In this document: positions 31,341 to 39,725 of the stretch, piece after piece
How positions within the stretch are numbered: the stretch's first letter is position 1
Layout: the number at the start of each line of letters is the position of its first letter
Assembly (NCBI GenBank): GCA_017544805.1
Contig: JAFYDK010000056.1
Location: forward strand, 16,973-80,972
DNA: 64,000 nt
Origin: Bacteroidales bacterium
GTDB lineage: Bacteria; Bacteroidota; Bacteroidia; Bacteroidales; UBA3824
Direction of reading: 5' to 3'
Made by a program: the position numbers and the translations under genes
Notes under the pieces: generated by a model
Database searches by the model: none
Told to the model about the DNA's origin: nothing
Seen by the model: the letters and a program-made list of their open reading frames with translations, nothing else

Positions 31341-32110
31341 TACTTTTTATAAAAATGTTGATAATCTTTGTACGCTCCCCATTCTCCGCCCCAGAGAAAA
31401 CCGTATTTTTTGAAAATTTTGCAGCAGTCGTCCTCAGCGGTGATTTTATAATCGAAATCCTTTGAGCGGTCGCAATACGGTTCGCCGTTAGCGGGTTGAA
31501 TTACAGTTTTGTTGCTGAAAGTCCTGATGTACGGATTATAACGTGTATTAATATCAACAGCTTTTCCTAACGCATGAAGCGACAGAGAGTTAGAACCCGA
31601 AACGTTTCTAAAACAAAAACATGAGGTATTGTTGTCCGACATGGATTTTTCGTCGTCGGCATCATAATCGTCTATCAAACGGATTTTTTCTATCGGATAT
31701 TTTTTAACGAAAAGTTCGTGGAAAATATTTATTAAATCCTCTGCAATTGCCTTATTACAAACCATTTCGCCCAAACGTATGTCTCCGTTTAAGTCGTAAT
31801 GGAGAAGTTTTAAATAGCGTAAATCTTCTCTTTTGAGGGTACAATTATCCGCAAAGGATTTACCTTTCATGCGCGAAAAAATTTTATCAGAAATTTCTTC
31901 TATGCAAAAACATTTTTCAAAACCGAATTTTTCAATGTCTTTCATCGTAACTGTTTCATAAACCTTCCAATGCTTTAATGATTGGTTTTCAGGTATTATT
32001 GAATCTTTAATTGAAGTTGTTTTTACCTCTTGAGGCTGTTGTGCAGGTTGATTGCATCCTACTGTTAAAACCGAAAAAAAAACTCCGGCACACAAAAAAA
32101 ATATTTTCAT
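31340..32110 (-). CDS. M15-family metallopeptidase (D-Ala-D-Ala dipeptidase/carboxypeptidase-like)
   Basis: Has a signal peptide or lipobox (LTVGC), SLHALGKAVDIN (H-x-x-x-x-x-D) and a C-terminal WGGEW...DYQHF. Its TAATG overlap with the truA start suggests coupling. Confidence 0.7.
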   Translation of the reverse strand: MKIFFLCAGVFFSVLTVGCNQPAQQPQEVKTTSIKDSIIPENQSLKHWKVYETVTMKDIEKFGFEKCFCIEEISDKIFSRMKGKSFADNCTLKREDLRYLKLLHYDLNGDIRLGEMVCNKAIAEDLINIFHELFVKKYPIEKIRLIDDYDADDEKSMSDNNTSCFCFRNVSGSNSLSLHALGKAVDINTRYNPYIRTFSNKTVIQPANGEPYCDRSKDFDYKITAEDDCCKIFKKYGFLWGGEWGAYKDYQHFYKK

Positions 32111-32125
32111 ATTGGAAAAAGTTAT

Positions 32126-32133
32126 TAATTTTG
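32126..32133 (+). promoter_or_regulatory. Bacteroidota -7 box (TAatTTTG)
   Basis: TAATTTTG lies 38 nt upstream of the ATG at 32171. Confidence 0.45.
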
Positions 32134-32170
32134 CGGCAAATTTACGAAAAAATACGGGTTAATCAAAAAA

Positions 32171-32383
32171 ATGAACTTGTCTATTGCTGAAGCAATTGTT
32201 TATTTAATCGCCTCCGGCGGGCACGGAATGACTCTCGAAAAGATTACGGACGAAATCAACGCAAGAAAACTTCATATCCGTAAAGACGGTTTGCCGATTA
32301 GTCTAAAGCAAGTTTATGCTGTTATTATGAAAAATCCGCAAATTTTCGTAAAAGAAGACGGTCGTATAAGACTGACAATGTAA
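32171..32383 (+). CDS. Small (70 aa) winged-helix protein, HARE-HTH-like
   Basis: The pattern LSIAEAIVYLIASGGHGMTLEKITDEI ... QVYAVIMKNPQIFVKEDGRIRL resembles the HARE-HTH/RpoE-delta N-terminal fold. This is judged by eye only. Confidence 0.45.
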   Translation: MNLSIAEAIVYLIASGGHGMTLEKITDEINARKLHIRKDGLPISLKQVYAVIMKNPQIFVKEDGRIRLTM

Positions 32384-32692
32384 ATGAAAATATTAGGACA
32401 TATAAAAATTTTTGCAGCAGTTGTTTTTGCGCTTTTGACGCTTTTTACCCCCGTTGCGAAAAATTATCACGTTATGGCTCATGCCGAGGTCGATAATTTG
32501 GTTGTAACTTCGGTTGAAGAGTCTTGTCCGTTATGTAATTTCGATTTTTCAGTCTTTGACTCTTCTGAACTTTCAGAGCTTCCTTCTGTAATAGTTCCTA
32601 AAATTGTCTTGTATGTTCCGCTTACAACGGAAAACTTCTTTAAGGCCTTTGAGAATGTTTTTGTAATTAGAGGCCCTCCTTATAATTCGTAA
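32384..32692 (+). CDS. Small membrane-anchored protein with HxxxH and CPLC motifs
   Basis: Its ATG immediately follows the stop of the preceding ORF. It has an N-terminal TM helix, then NYHVMAH, CPLC and a C-terminal RGPPY. The layout is reminiscent of the HYC_CC_PP-type proteins found next to TonB-dependent receptors (recollection, low confidence). Confidence 0.4.
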   Translation: MKILGHIKIFAAVVFALLTLFTPVAKNYHVMAHAEVDNLVVTSVEESCPLCNFDFSVFDSSELSELPSVIVPKIVLYVPLTTENFFKAFENVFVIRGPPYNS

Positions 32693-32778
32693 TCTGTAAG
32701 GCGAAAAAAACTTTCGCCCCTTAAAAAATAAGAATTTTTTTTAGAAATTACGAGTAGAAAAAATCACGAACATAAATA

Positions 32779-34946
32779 ATGTACAGATATGCTTTAGCAT
32801 TGTGCTTTTGCGTAAACGGGTTGATTGTATTAGCTCAAGACGTTGAGCATGAAACCGTTATCGTAAAAGACGATGCAATAAAAACGCGTCTTAACGTTTC
32901 TAAAACTATTGAGAGCGTGGATGGGGATTTTTTGACTAAAGCTGCGGGCGGTTGCCTTAGTGCAAGTCTTGAAAAAATTCCCGGACTCTCTTCCATTAAT
33001 ATCGGCTCGGCTCAGGGAAAACCTGTAATTAGGGGTTTGGGATTCAACCGAGTGGCTGTTGTGGAAGATAATGTTAAACACGAGTCTCAACAATGGGGCA
33101 GCGATCATGGTCTTGAAATAGATCAGTACGCTGTTGAAAAGGCCGAAATTTTAAAAGGTCCTTCGTCTTTGGAATATGGTTCTGACGCTTTAGGCGGTGT
33201 TGTAAGAATTTCAACACAGAAAATGCCGGGTAAAAATACTTTTGGTGCAAGTTTCAAACTTTTTTCCAAAAGTGTTAATTCGCTTTTCGGCTCTTCGGTA
33301 GCCTTTGAAGGCAGAAAAGATAAATTTTTCTTTCTCTCAAGGATTACTTATCTGGATTTTGCAGATTACAAAGTCCCGACGGATCATGTTTTTGTTTATT
33401 CTTACAGAGTGCCTTTAAAGATGGTAGATTGCGAAATACGGCAGGTCGCGAAGCCGATTTTTCAATATCCGCCGGCTATATTGGAAAGGATAAAAAGTTG
33501 AGGTTGAATGTATCTGAAGTTAATTCTTATGGAGGTTTTTTTGCTAATGCCCACGGTCTTGAGCCGCGCAGAGTCGATGAAAATCTTCACGATAAATCTT
33601 CAAGGGATATTCTTGACCCGAAACAAAAAGTCAATCATTTGAAAACATCTTTGGATTTTGACAAGTGGAATTCTTTTTGTACTTTTTCTTCAACTTTAGC
33701 ATATCAACACAACAGACGGGAAGAATTCAGTCCTTATGTCAGCCACGGTTATATGCCGCTGAATTGCCCTGAAACTTTTTTGGAAAATCCCGATACGGAA
33801 TATCTTTATGAAAAAGATGTTCTCTCGGCTAATTTCAAAATGGTTTTTCCATTTGAAAGTTTTGTCCTTAAAACGGGCAGTGATATAGAGTTTCAGAATA
33901 ATGAAATCGGCGGACGATGCTTTATAATACCTGAATATCAAAGTGTTAAAGCGGGAGTTTTTCTCTCTTCAGATTATACTTTGAATGAAATCTGGCGTTT
34001 GCAAGGTGGTTTGCGATATGATTTCGGCGGTATTAAAACTATGGAATACAGGGATTGGTTTGCCTCAGAGGGTCAGTACGTTTTAAGGGCTGAAAATCTT
34101 CAGCGGACTTTCAACGATTTTACTTTCAGTTGTGGCGTTATTATGCGTAGAGGTAGATTTTCTGCAAAACTGAATTTGGGAAAAGGATTCAGAATGCCGA
34201 TTGCAAAGGAGTTGGCCTCTAACGGCGTAAATTATCATAATTTTAGTTATGAGGTTGGAAACAAAGATTTAAAAAGCGAAAAATCTTATCAATTGGACGG
34301 TGAAATCGACTATGTGTCAAGGCTTTTCACTGTAACCTTAACGCCTTTTGCCGGTTGGTTTTCTAATTATATTTTCCTAAATCCTACTCCGAGTTTCGAC
34401 AGATTTTACGGTAACGGTAATCAGATTTACAATTATACTCAATGCAGAGTTTTGAGGTTGGGCGGTGAGGCGGAAATAAAATTCGTTCTCGACAACCGTT
34501 ATTCTGTTTTCGGAAAAAGTAAAATCGAAATTATTTTGAGTGGAGAATATCTGAAATCCAGACAGTTGAGCGGCGAAAAGAAAGGATATTCCCTGCCGTT
34601 TTCTCCGCCTGAAACCTGTGGTTTGGAAACTGTCTATACACGCAATTTGAAGAAAACATCAGAAAATAAACGTTATAATCCTAAGGAGTTTTTTGTAGGC
34701 CTTTCTTTAAAAAAAGCGTTCAGACAGGAGGAAATTGTCCCGCCCGAAAACCCGACTTCCGGTTATTCAGTTTTGAATTTTAACGGAGGATTCTCTTTCT
34801 TATTTTTGGGGCGGAGTGTTGAATTTAATGTTGGTATCAACAATATTTTCAATACCGTATATTACAATCATACAAGTTATTACAGGTTGATTAACGTACC
34901 CGAACAAGGACGCAACCTTACAATTAGTTTATTGTTTAATATTTAA
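32779..34946 (+). pseudogene. TonB-dependent receptor interrupted by a -1 frameshift (plug plus start of barrel in one frame, rest of barrel in the -1 frame)
   Basis: The 5' ORF (32779-33501) has a signal peptide and plug motifs (IPGLSS, PVIRGL, ILKGPSSLEYGSDALGG). The 3' ORF (open from 33360, ending 34946) has barrel motifs and a terminal ...LTISLLFNI. The reading frames join cleanly as VPLK|DGRLRNTAGRE at 33418-33422. Confidence 0.8.
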
Positions 34947-34955
34947 AAAAAAATC

Positions 34956-35477
34956 ATGAAGAAGATTATTTACACTTTATTATTATCAGTATTTTTGTTT
35001 TCATTTGCCTCTTGTAACAAAGATGAGGAAGAAGTAGATACGCAAAAACCCGAAATTGATATTACTGTTGAAGAAGCGTTTCCTTTGAACGGTTCTCAAT
35101 TGTATTTCGGTGAGGATTTTACGATTAAAATGTTGTTGAAAGACAATCAAGAATTAGGCTCTTACAGCATTGAAATTCATAGCAATTTTGACCATCATTC
35201 TCATTCTACTGAGGAATCTAAAGAGCATCATCACGAAGAACATGAACATCATCACGAGGAAGGCGAAGATGGTGATGCCTTTTATTTTTCGCAGGATTTT
35301 TCAATTCCTTCAGGACAGAGGGAATATCTTTTGAATCAAAAAATTTCTATTCCCGAAAAATCTTCAGACGGAGATGAATTTGCAGCCGGCGATTATCATT
35401 TTATGATAACGGTTACCGACAAAGCCGGATTTTCAAGTTTTAAAGCAATGGAAATCGAAATTAAAAACAAAGATTAA
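34956..35477 (+). CDS. His-rich lipoprotein (DUF4625-like Ig-fold guess)
   Basis: Lipobox FSFASC. It has a HSNFDHHSHSTEESKEHHHEEHEHHHEEGEDGD block and lies 9 nt downstream of the receptor gene. Confidence 0.55.
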   Translation: MKKIIYTLLLSVFLFSFASCNKDEEEVDTQKPEIDITVEEAFPLNGSQLYFGEDFTIKMLLKDNQELGSYSIEIHSNFDHHSHSTEESKEHHHEEHEHHHEEGEDGDAFYFSQDFSIPSGQREYLLNQKISIPEKSSDGDEFAAGDYHFMITVTDKAGFSSFKAMEIEIKNKD

Positions 35478-35481
35478 TTTT

Positions 35482-35537
35482 TAGGGACTGTTCCAAAAAG
35501 CGGTAAGATGGCTTTTGGGACAGTCCCTATTTTTTTT
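35482..35537 (+). terminator. Intrinsic terminator after the receptor/His-rich lipoprotein unit
   Basis: TAGGGACTGTTCCAAAA (35482-35498) pairs with TTTTGGGACAGTCCCTA (35513-35529) with one G-U pair, followed by T8. Confidence 0.8.
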
Positions 35538-35564
35538 AAAATTAGAAGAAAACATCTAAAAATT

Positions 35565-37031
35565 TTATTTGTTATAATCGGCTAATGCAGCGATATATTT
35601 TTCCATTTCACGTTTGGTATCGTTGGCAGAGCAAGTGAAATTATTAATTAAGATAGCAAAGGCTAACTCTCTGCCACTTCGTGTAGTTACGTATCCGGAA
35701 TAAGATTTTACACGGCGTATTGTTCCGCTTTTGCCGCGGGCGTTGTTGACGGCTCTCGTGTTAGGACACATTCCAGCCATTGTTCCTTTGCCGCCGCACA
35801 TTGTAAGGCTCGAATTGAAACTTTCATAATATTTCGATTGATTGTGCATATATGTTAAAAGAAAACATAACTGTCTGGGTGTTACGATATTATAATGCGA
35901 AAGTCCGCAACCGTCGTTTATGCTCATGCCTTTGATGTCCATGCCTTTGTTTCTCCAAAAATTCATTAAAGCATAGCAGGCAAGGTCTACGTTTGTGGTA
36001 TTAACTTGTTTTAAACCTACAAGAGCCAAACAATGTTCAGCATAGAGGTTAATGCTGTAATAATTAGTCTGTTGAATAATTTCCGCAAGGGTAGGGGACT
36101 CTATCGTGCAGATAACAGTTTGAGGCGTTTCCTCGTTAAGAACGTATCTGTTATGTTCAAACGCGCTGAGGGCTTGTCCGAAAACTTGAATTCCGTTAGA
36201 GTTAAGACTGTCAAGCAGTTGCGATGCTGCAAACTGTGCCGGATCGGGAATAATGGTTCTGACGGTAACGTCCATGTTGTTTTGTGGCATAGGACCTTCA
36301 ATGTATTTTTCTTTTTGATAGGTTTTGCCGAAAGTGTTGGTGTTTTCTCTTTTGATGTCAGCTGCAACGGCTGCCGTTTCCACTCTCAGGCCTTTGATTT
36401 CGGGTTCGCAACCCATATAAACCGCCGTAGTGCCTTCTTTTCCGGTTTTAAAATGCAAGGTTGCATAATTGTCATGCACGGTAAGACCGTTTGGGACAGC
36501 ACCAAAATAATTTCCGATGTTTTCCCAACTCCATGTCGAAGGGGTCATTTCTTTTGCGTAAATGGTTCCGTCGCCGATTATGTTGCCCGTAATTCTGCGG
36601 ATTCCTGCATTTTTTACCGCTTTCAAAAACAATTCGTTGTATTTAAAGCAATCTTGGTCGTAAAAAAATTTAGAACCTAAGGTCGGATCTCCACCACCTT
36701 TTATTATAACATTTCCTGTTAAAACGCCAGCACTGTCAAGTTTGCCTGTGTAAACAAGTTGTGTTTTGTATTTAAAGTCGGGTCCGTAAAGCTCTAAAGC
36801 CGCTGCCGTTGAAAAAAGTTTCGTGTTTGAGGCGGGAATCACTGACATATCGGAGTTGTAACTTGCTATTTCTTCGCCGGTTTTCATGTCTACGGCGAGT
36901 AGGGCTACTTGTCCGTTTGCAAAATATTCATTGTTTTTTATTTCCGTAACTACTTTGCTTACATTATCTTGTGCCGATACGTTCATAACACTTCCCAATA
37001 AAAGCGTTGAAAAAAATAATTTGAATTTCAT
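35565..37031 (-). CDS. dacB: D-alanyl-D-alanine carboxypeptidase/endopeptidase (PBP4, S13 family)
   Basis: Has a signal peptide, SxxK (PASNTKLF), an SGS-like motif and KSGT (GKSGTIRRV). Start taken at MKFKLFF (37031). Confidence 0.85.
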   Translation of the reverse strand: MKFKLFFSTLLLGSVMNVSAQDNVSKVVTEIKNNEYFANGQVALLAVDMKTGEEIASYNSDMSVIPASNTKLFSTAAALELYGPDFKYKTQLVYTGKLDSAGVLTGNVIIKGGGDPTLGSKFFYDQDCFKYNELFLKAVKNAGIRRITGNIIGDGTIYAKEMTPSTWSWENIGNYFGAVPNGLTVHDNYATLHFKTGKEGTTAVYMGCEPEIKGLRVETAAVAADIKRENTNTFGKTYQKEKYIEGPMPQNNMDVTVRTIIPDPAQFAASQLLDSLNSNGIQVFGQALSAFEHNRYVLNEETPQTVICTIESPTLAEIIQQTNYYSINLYAEHCLALVGLKQVNTTNVDLACYALMNFWRNKGMDIKGMSINDGCGLSHYNIVTPRQLCFLLTYMHNQSKYYESFNSSLTMCGGKGTMAGMCPNTRAVNNARGKSGTIRRVKSYSGYVTTRSGRELAFAILINNFTCSANDTKREMEKYIAALADYNK

Positions 37032-37052
37032 TTTTTGTATTTCTGTTTGCAG

Positions 37053-37060
37053 CAAAATTA
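37053..37060 (-). promoter_or_regulatory. Bacteroidota -7 box (TAatTTTG) for dacB
   Basis: Plus-strand CAAAATTA lies 22 nt upstream of the dacB ATG. Confidence 0.4.
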
Positions 37061-37072
37061 AAAAAAATATTC

Positions 37073-37080
37073 TAACTTTG
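37073..37080 (+). promoter_or_regulatory. Bacteroidota -7 box (TAacTTTG) for the 37179 operon
   Basis: TAACTTTG lies 99 nt upstream of the ATG at 37179, divergent from the dacB promoter. Confidence 0.4.
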
Positions 37081-37178
37081 TATCATAATGTTTAAAAACG
37101 TTAATTGTAAAAAAAAAATTAATAGATGCGTTTTTTTTGCGTTAAATATATAAAAGAACTTTAAAAAGAGAAATAATC

Positions 37179-38501
37179 ATGGAAAATCACAATCATCAAG
37201 AAGAACTTAAGGACGAAAAACTTCATACGGAGGACTCTTTGGCAGGTCTTATCGGACAGGAAACAGATGATAGATCGGATTCTGATTTGACTTCGGCCTT
37301 TGCTGAGGTTGAAAAAGAGGAAAAATACGAATTAACGGAAGACGGAAGAGACAGACTTCAAAAGGCGGATTTAATGCTTAATTTTATAACAAATTCTGGT
37401 ATTGATATTCCTGAACAGCTTTTGAGAACCGTCGTTAAATGTAAATATATTGCCAAAAAAGGCGAGTGGACACCTTCAACGGAAGCCGTTTTCTTAATGT
37501 CATACAACGAACTTGTAAAACTTATAAAACCTTTGTCGGTTGATTCTATTATTTCGAGTCGTCCAACTTTGGTGGAAGACGATGAAAACCCGTCGCCGAT
37601 CAATAAATTCTTTAAGAAAATTTTTCATAAAAAATTTCGTGTCGCAAGTTCTTTGCGTTCAGTGAGAATTTATTCGTTTCTGACGGCTGTTATGATGATT
37701 TTGCTGTTGGTAACGCAGATTTTCTTCTATTTAGGCTCAACTCGTTTGGCAAGTATTACCGAATGTGAGGCACAATTGGAGGAAAAGCAAAAACGTCTTA
37801 ACGAACTTATGTTGTTTTCAGGAAAGGTTGAAGATGCTGCTATTCAGTCAGAATGTGATAAGGTTTATAACGATTGTATCGAAATCGACAACAAACGCAA
37901 AAGTAATATTGACTTGTTGGGACCGTGGGTAAAACACGCAAGAAAAATTTCTTTGAACTCGACGATTTATACGGATACTATCGGTATAAATTCAAGAAAC
38001 GGTGATAAAGCCAATACTGCTATTATTCAAGAGGCTAAAAGTTTCGCTATTATAATAGGTATTTATATTTTGCCGTTGCTTTACGGTATTATCGGCGGAT
38101 TTACGTTTGTCTTGAGGGATTTAACGGAGGACATCAGAAAGCTCACTTTTACAAAAGGCAGCAATACTAAATATATTTTAAGGATACTTTTGGGCGCAAT
38201 CGCCGGTTTGAGTGTCGGACTGTTTTGGGGCGATATTGAGAGTGTTCAGCAATTTGGTTTGGCATCGCTTTCGCCTATGTTGTTGGCGTTCTTGGGCGGT
38301 TACTGCGTAGAATACTTGTTGCAATTCCTTGAAAAAACGGCTAAATCGTTTTTCAAAAAATACGACCCTGAAAACGAACCTTTCAGAAAAGAACGCAAAG
38401 ATGTTGTTGTTAAGGAAGTTATAAAGGAGGTAAAAGAGTCCAAAGAATCTAAGCCGGAAGAGGTTAAAGAAAAAACTGAAGCAAAACCTGTAACTGCTTA
38501 A
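37179..38501 (+). CDS. Hypothetical polytopic membrane protein
   Basis: Acidic N-terminal ~160 aa, one TM helix, a ~110-aa helical loop, about three further TM helices, and a K/E-rich tail. No family recognised. Confidence 0.5.
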   Translation: MENHNHQEELKDEKLHTEDSLAGLIGQETDDRSDSDLTSAFAEVEKEEKYELTEDGRDRLQKADLMLNFITNSGIDIPEQLLRTVVKCKYIAKKGEWTPSTEAVFLMSYNELVKLIKPLSVDSIISSRPTLVEDDENPSPINKFFKKIFHKKFRVASSLRSVRIYSFLTAVMMILLLVTQIFFYLGSTRLASITECEAQLEEKQKRLNELMLFSGKVEDAAIQSECDKVYNDCIEIDNKRKSNIDLLGPWVKHARKISLNSTIYTDTIGINSRNGDKANTAIIQEAKSFAIIIGIYILPLLYGIIGGFTFVLRDLTEDIRKLTFTKGSNTKYILRILLGAIAGLSVGLFWGDIESVQQFGLASLSPMLLAFLGGYCVEYLLQFLEKTAKSFFKKYDPENEPFRKERKDVVVKEVIKEVKESKESKPEEVKEKTEAKPVTA

Positions 38502-38514
38502 TCTATTAGAAGAT

Positions 38515-39654
38515 ATGAGCGGAAAAGAATTACTAAGGACAGTGCTGTATATTCTGATTGCTTTGGCGAGCATTGCAACATGGATATACAGCAATCATTT
38601 GACCGGGAAACTTGCCGAAAAGGAAATTCAGTATGGTAAACTTTGGGCTGATGCCGTTATGGAAACTGAGTACGGTGATTTGGACGGTGAAATAAGTCTT
38701 ATTGCGTATCGTATTTTGGAAACTAACGATATGCCTGTAATTCTTATGAATGATAAAACTTTTTTATCGTACAGAAATTTTGAAATTGACTCCTCCAAAA
38801 TTACTAAGGAGGAGTTTCTTAATAAAAAAACCAAAGAAATGCACAGCCGTCATGAGCCGATAGCCTTGGAATATCGTCCCGGACAGTATGACATTCTTTA
38901 TTATGACGACAGCGATACGTTGAAACAACTCAAAATTTATCCCGTAATTCAGTTAATCGTAACGATAATGATTGTTTTGTTGTCGTTTGTTGCCGTCAGA
39001 TATTCAACGAAAGCCGATCAAAACAAAATACTTGTCGGTATGAGCAAAGAAACTGCTCATCAACTCGGAACGCCTATTTCTTCACTTTTGGCGTGGATTG
39101 AAATTCTTAAAATGGACAATTATAATTTAGAGCTGACATCGGAAGTTGAAAAAGACGTTAAACGTTTGGAAAAAATTACCGAGCGATTTTCCCGTATCGG
39201 TAGCAAGCCCGAACTCGATAGAGAAAATATTTGTCCGATTCTAAAAAATTCCGTTAATTATTTGGAGTCAAGAACTTCTCAAAATATAAATTATTCAATG
39301 GAAATTCCTCAAAATGAGATAATTGTGCTTCTAAATGTATCTCTTTTTGAGTGGGTGATAGAGAATATCTGCAAAAATGCCGTTGATGCCATGCAAGGAA
39401 AAGGCAGTCTTAATATTAAACTTTTTGAAGAAGACAAAAAAGTCTGCATCGAAATCACCGATACGGGCAAGGGATTGCTTAAAAGAAATTTTAAGACCGT
39501 TTTCAGACCCGGTTTTACGACCAAAAAACACGGCTGGGGATTGGGTTTGTCATTGGCTCAACGTATTATAACGGATTATCACAAAGGCAAAATCTTTGTT
39601 AAATGGAGCGAAATCGGTAAGGGAACTACTTTTAGAATAGAATTGCCCGAATAA
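38515..39654 (+). CDS. Sensor histidine kinase (two TM helices, ~120-aa extracytoplasmic loop)
   Basis: H-box ETAHQLGTPISSL, N-box ENICKNAVDAM, G1 DTGKGL and G2 GWGLGLSL. No receiver domain or response regulator is adjacent. Confidence 0.8.
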   Translation: MSGKELLRTVLYILIALASIATWIYSNHLTGKLAEKEIQYGKLWADAVMETEYGDLDGEISLIAYRILETNDMPVILMNDKTFLSYRNFEIDSSKITKEEFLNKKTKEMHSRHEPIALEYRPGQYDILYYDDSDTLKQLKIYPVIQLIVTIMIVLLSFVAVRYSTKADQNKILVGMSKETAHQLGTPISSLLAWIEILKMDNYNLELTSEVEKDVKRLEKITERFSRIGSKPELDRENICPILKNSVNYLESRTSQNINYSMEIPQNEIIVLLNVSLFEWVIENICKNAVDAMQGKGSLNIKLFEEDKKVCIEITDTGKGLLKRNFKTVFRPGFTTKKHGWGLGLSLAQRIITDYHKGKIFVKWSEIGKGTTFRIELPE

Positions 39655-39694
39655 AAAAACTAAAAAAAAATTTCCTAAGTTCTTACATTTTCCG

Positions 39695-39702
39695 TATTTT
39701 TG
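39695..39702 (+). promoter_or_regulatory. Bacteroidota -7 box (TAttTTTG) for rlmI-ispG
   Basis: TATTTTTG lies 24 nt upstream of the ATG at 39726. Confidence 0.45.
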
Positions 39703-39725
39703 CTATTGAAAAAAATAATAAAAAA

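Noticed and set aside
32779-33501. Treating the 240-aa plug ORF and the 505-aa barrel ORF as two separate genes
   Set aside because: A plug without a barrel, or a barrel without a plug, is not functional. The two frames also join seamlessly at a conserved receptor motif, so this is one interrupted gene.
36033-36680. 215-aa ORF on the plus strand inside dacB, and similar long antisense ORFs at 52257-52817, 54942-55373, 38178-38594, 15466-15849, 9687-10055, 11031-11396, 12237-12587 and 22089-22451
   Set aside because: Each lies entirely antisense to, or out of frame within, a gene with clear family motifs. They have no promoter box or signal of their own and have skewed, low-complexity composition. 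They are typical shadow ORFs of an AT-rich genome.
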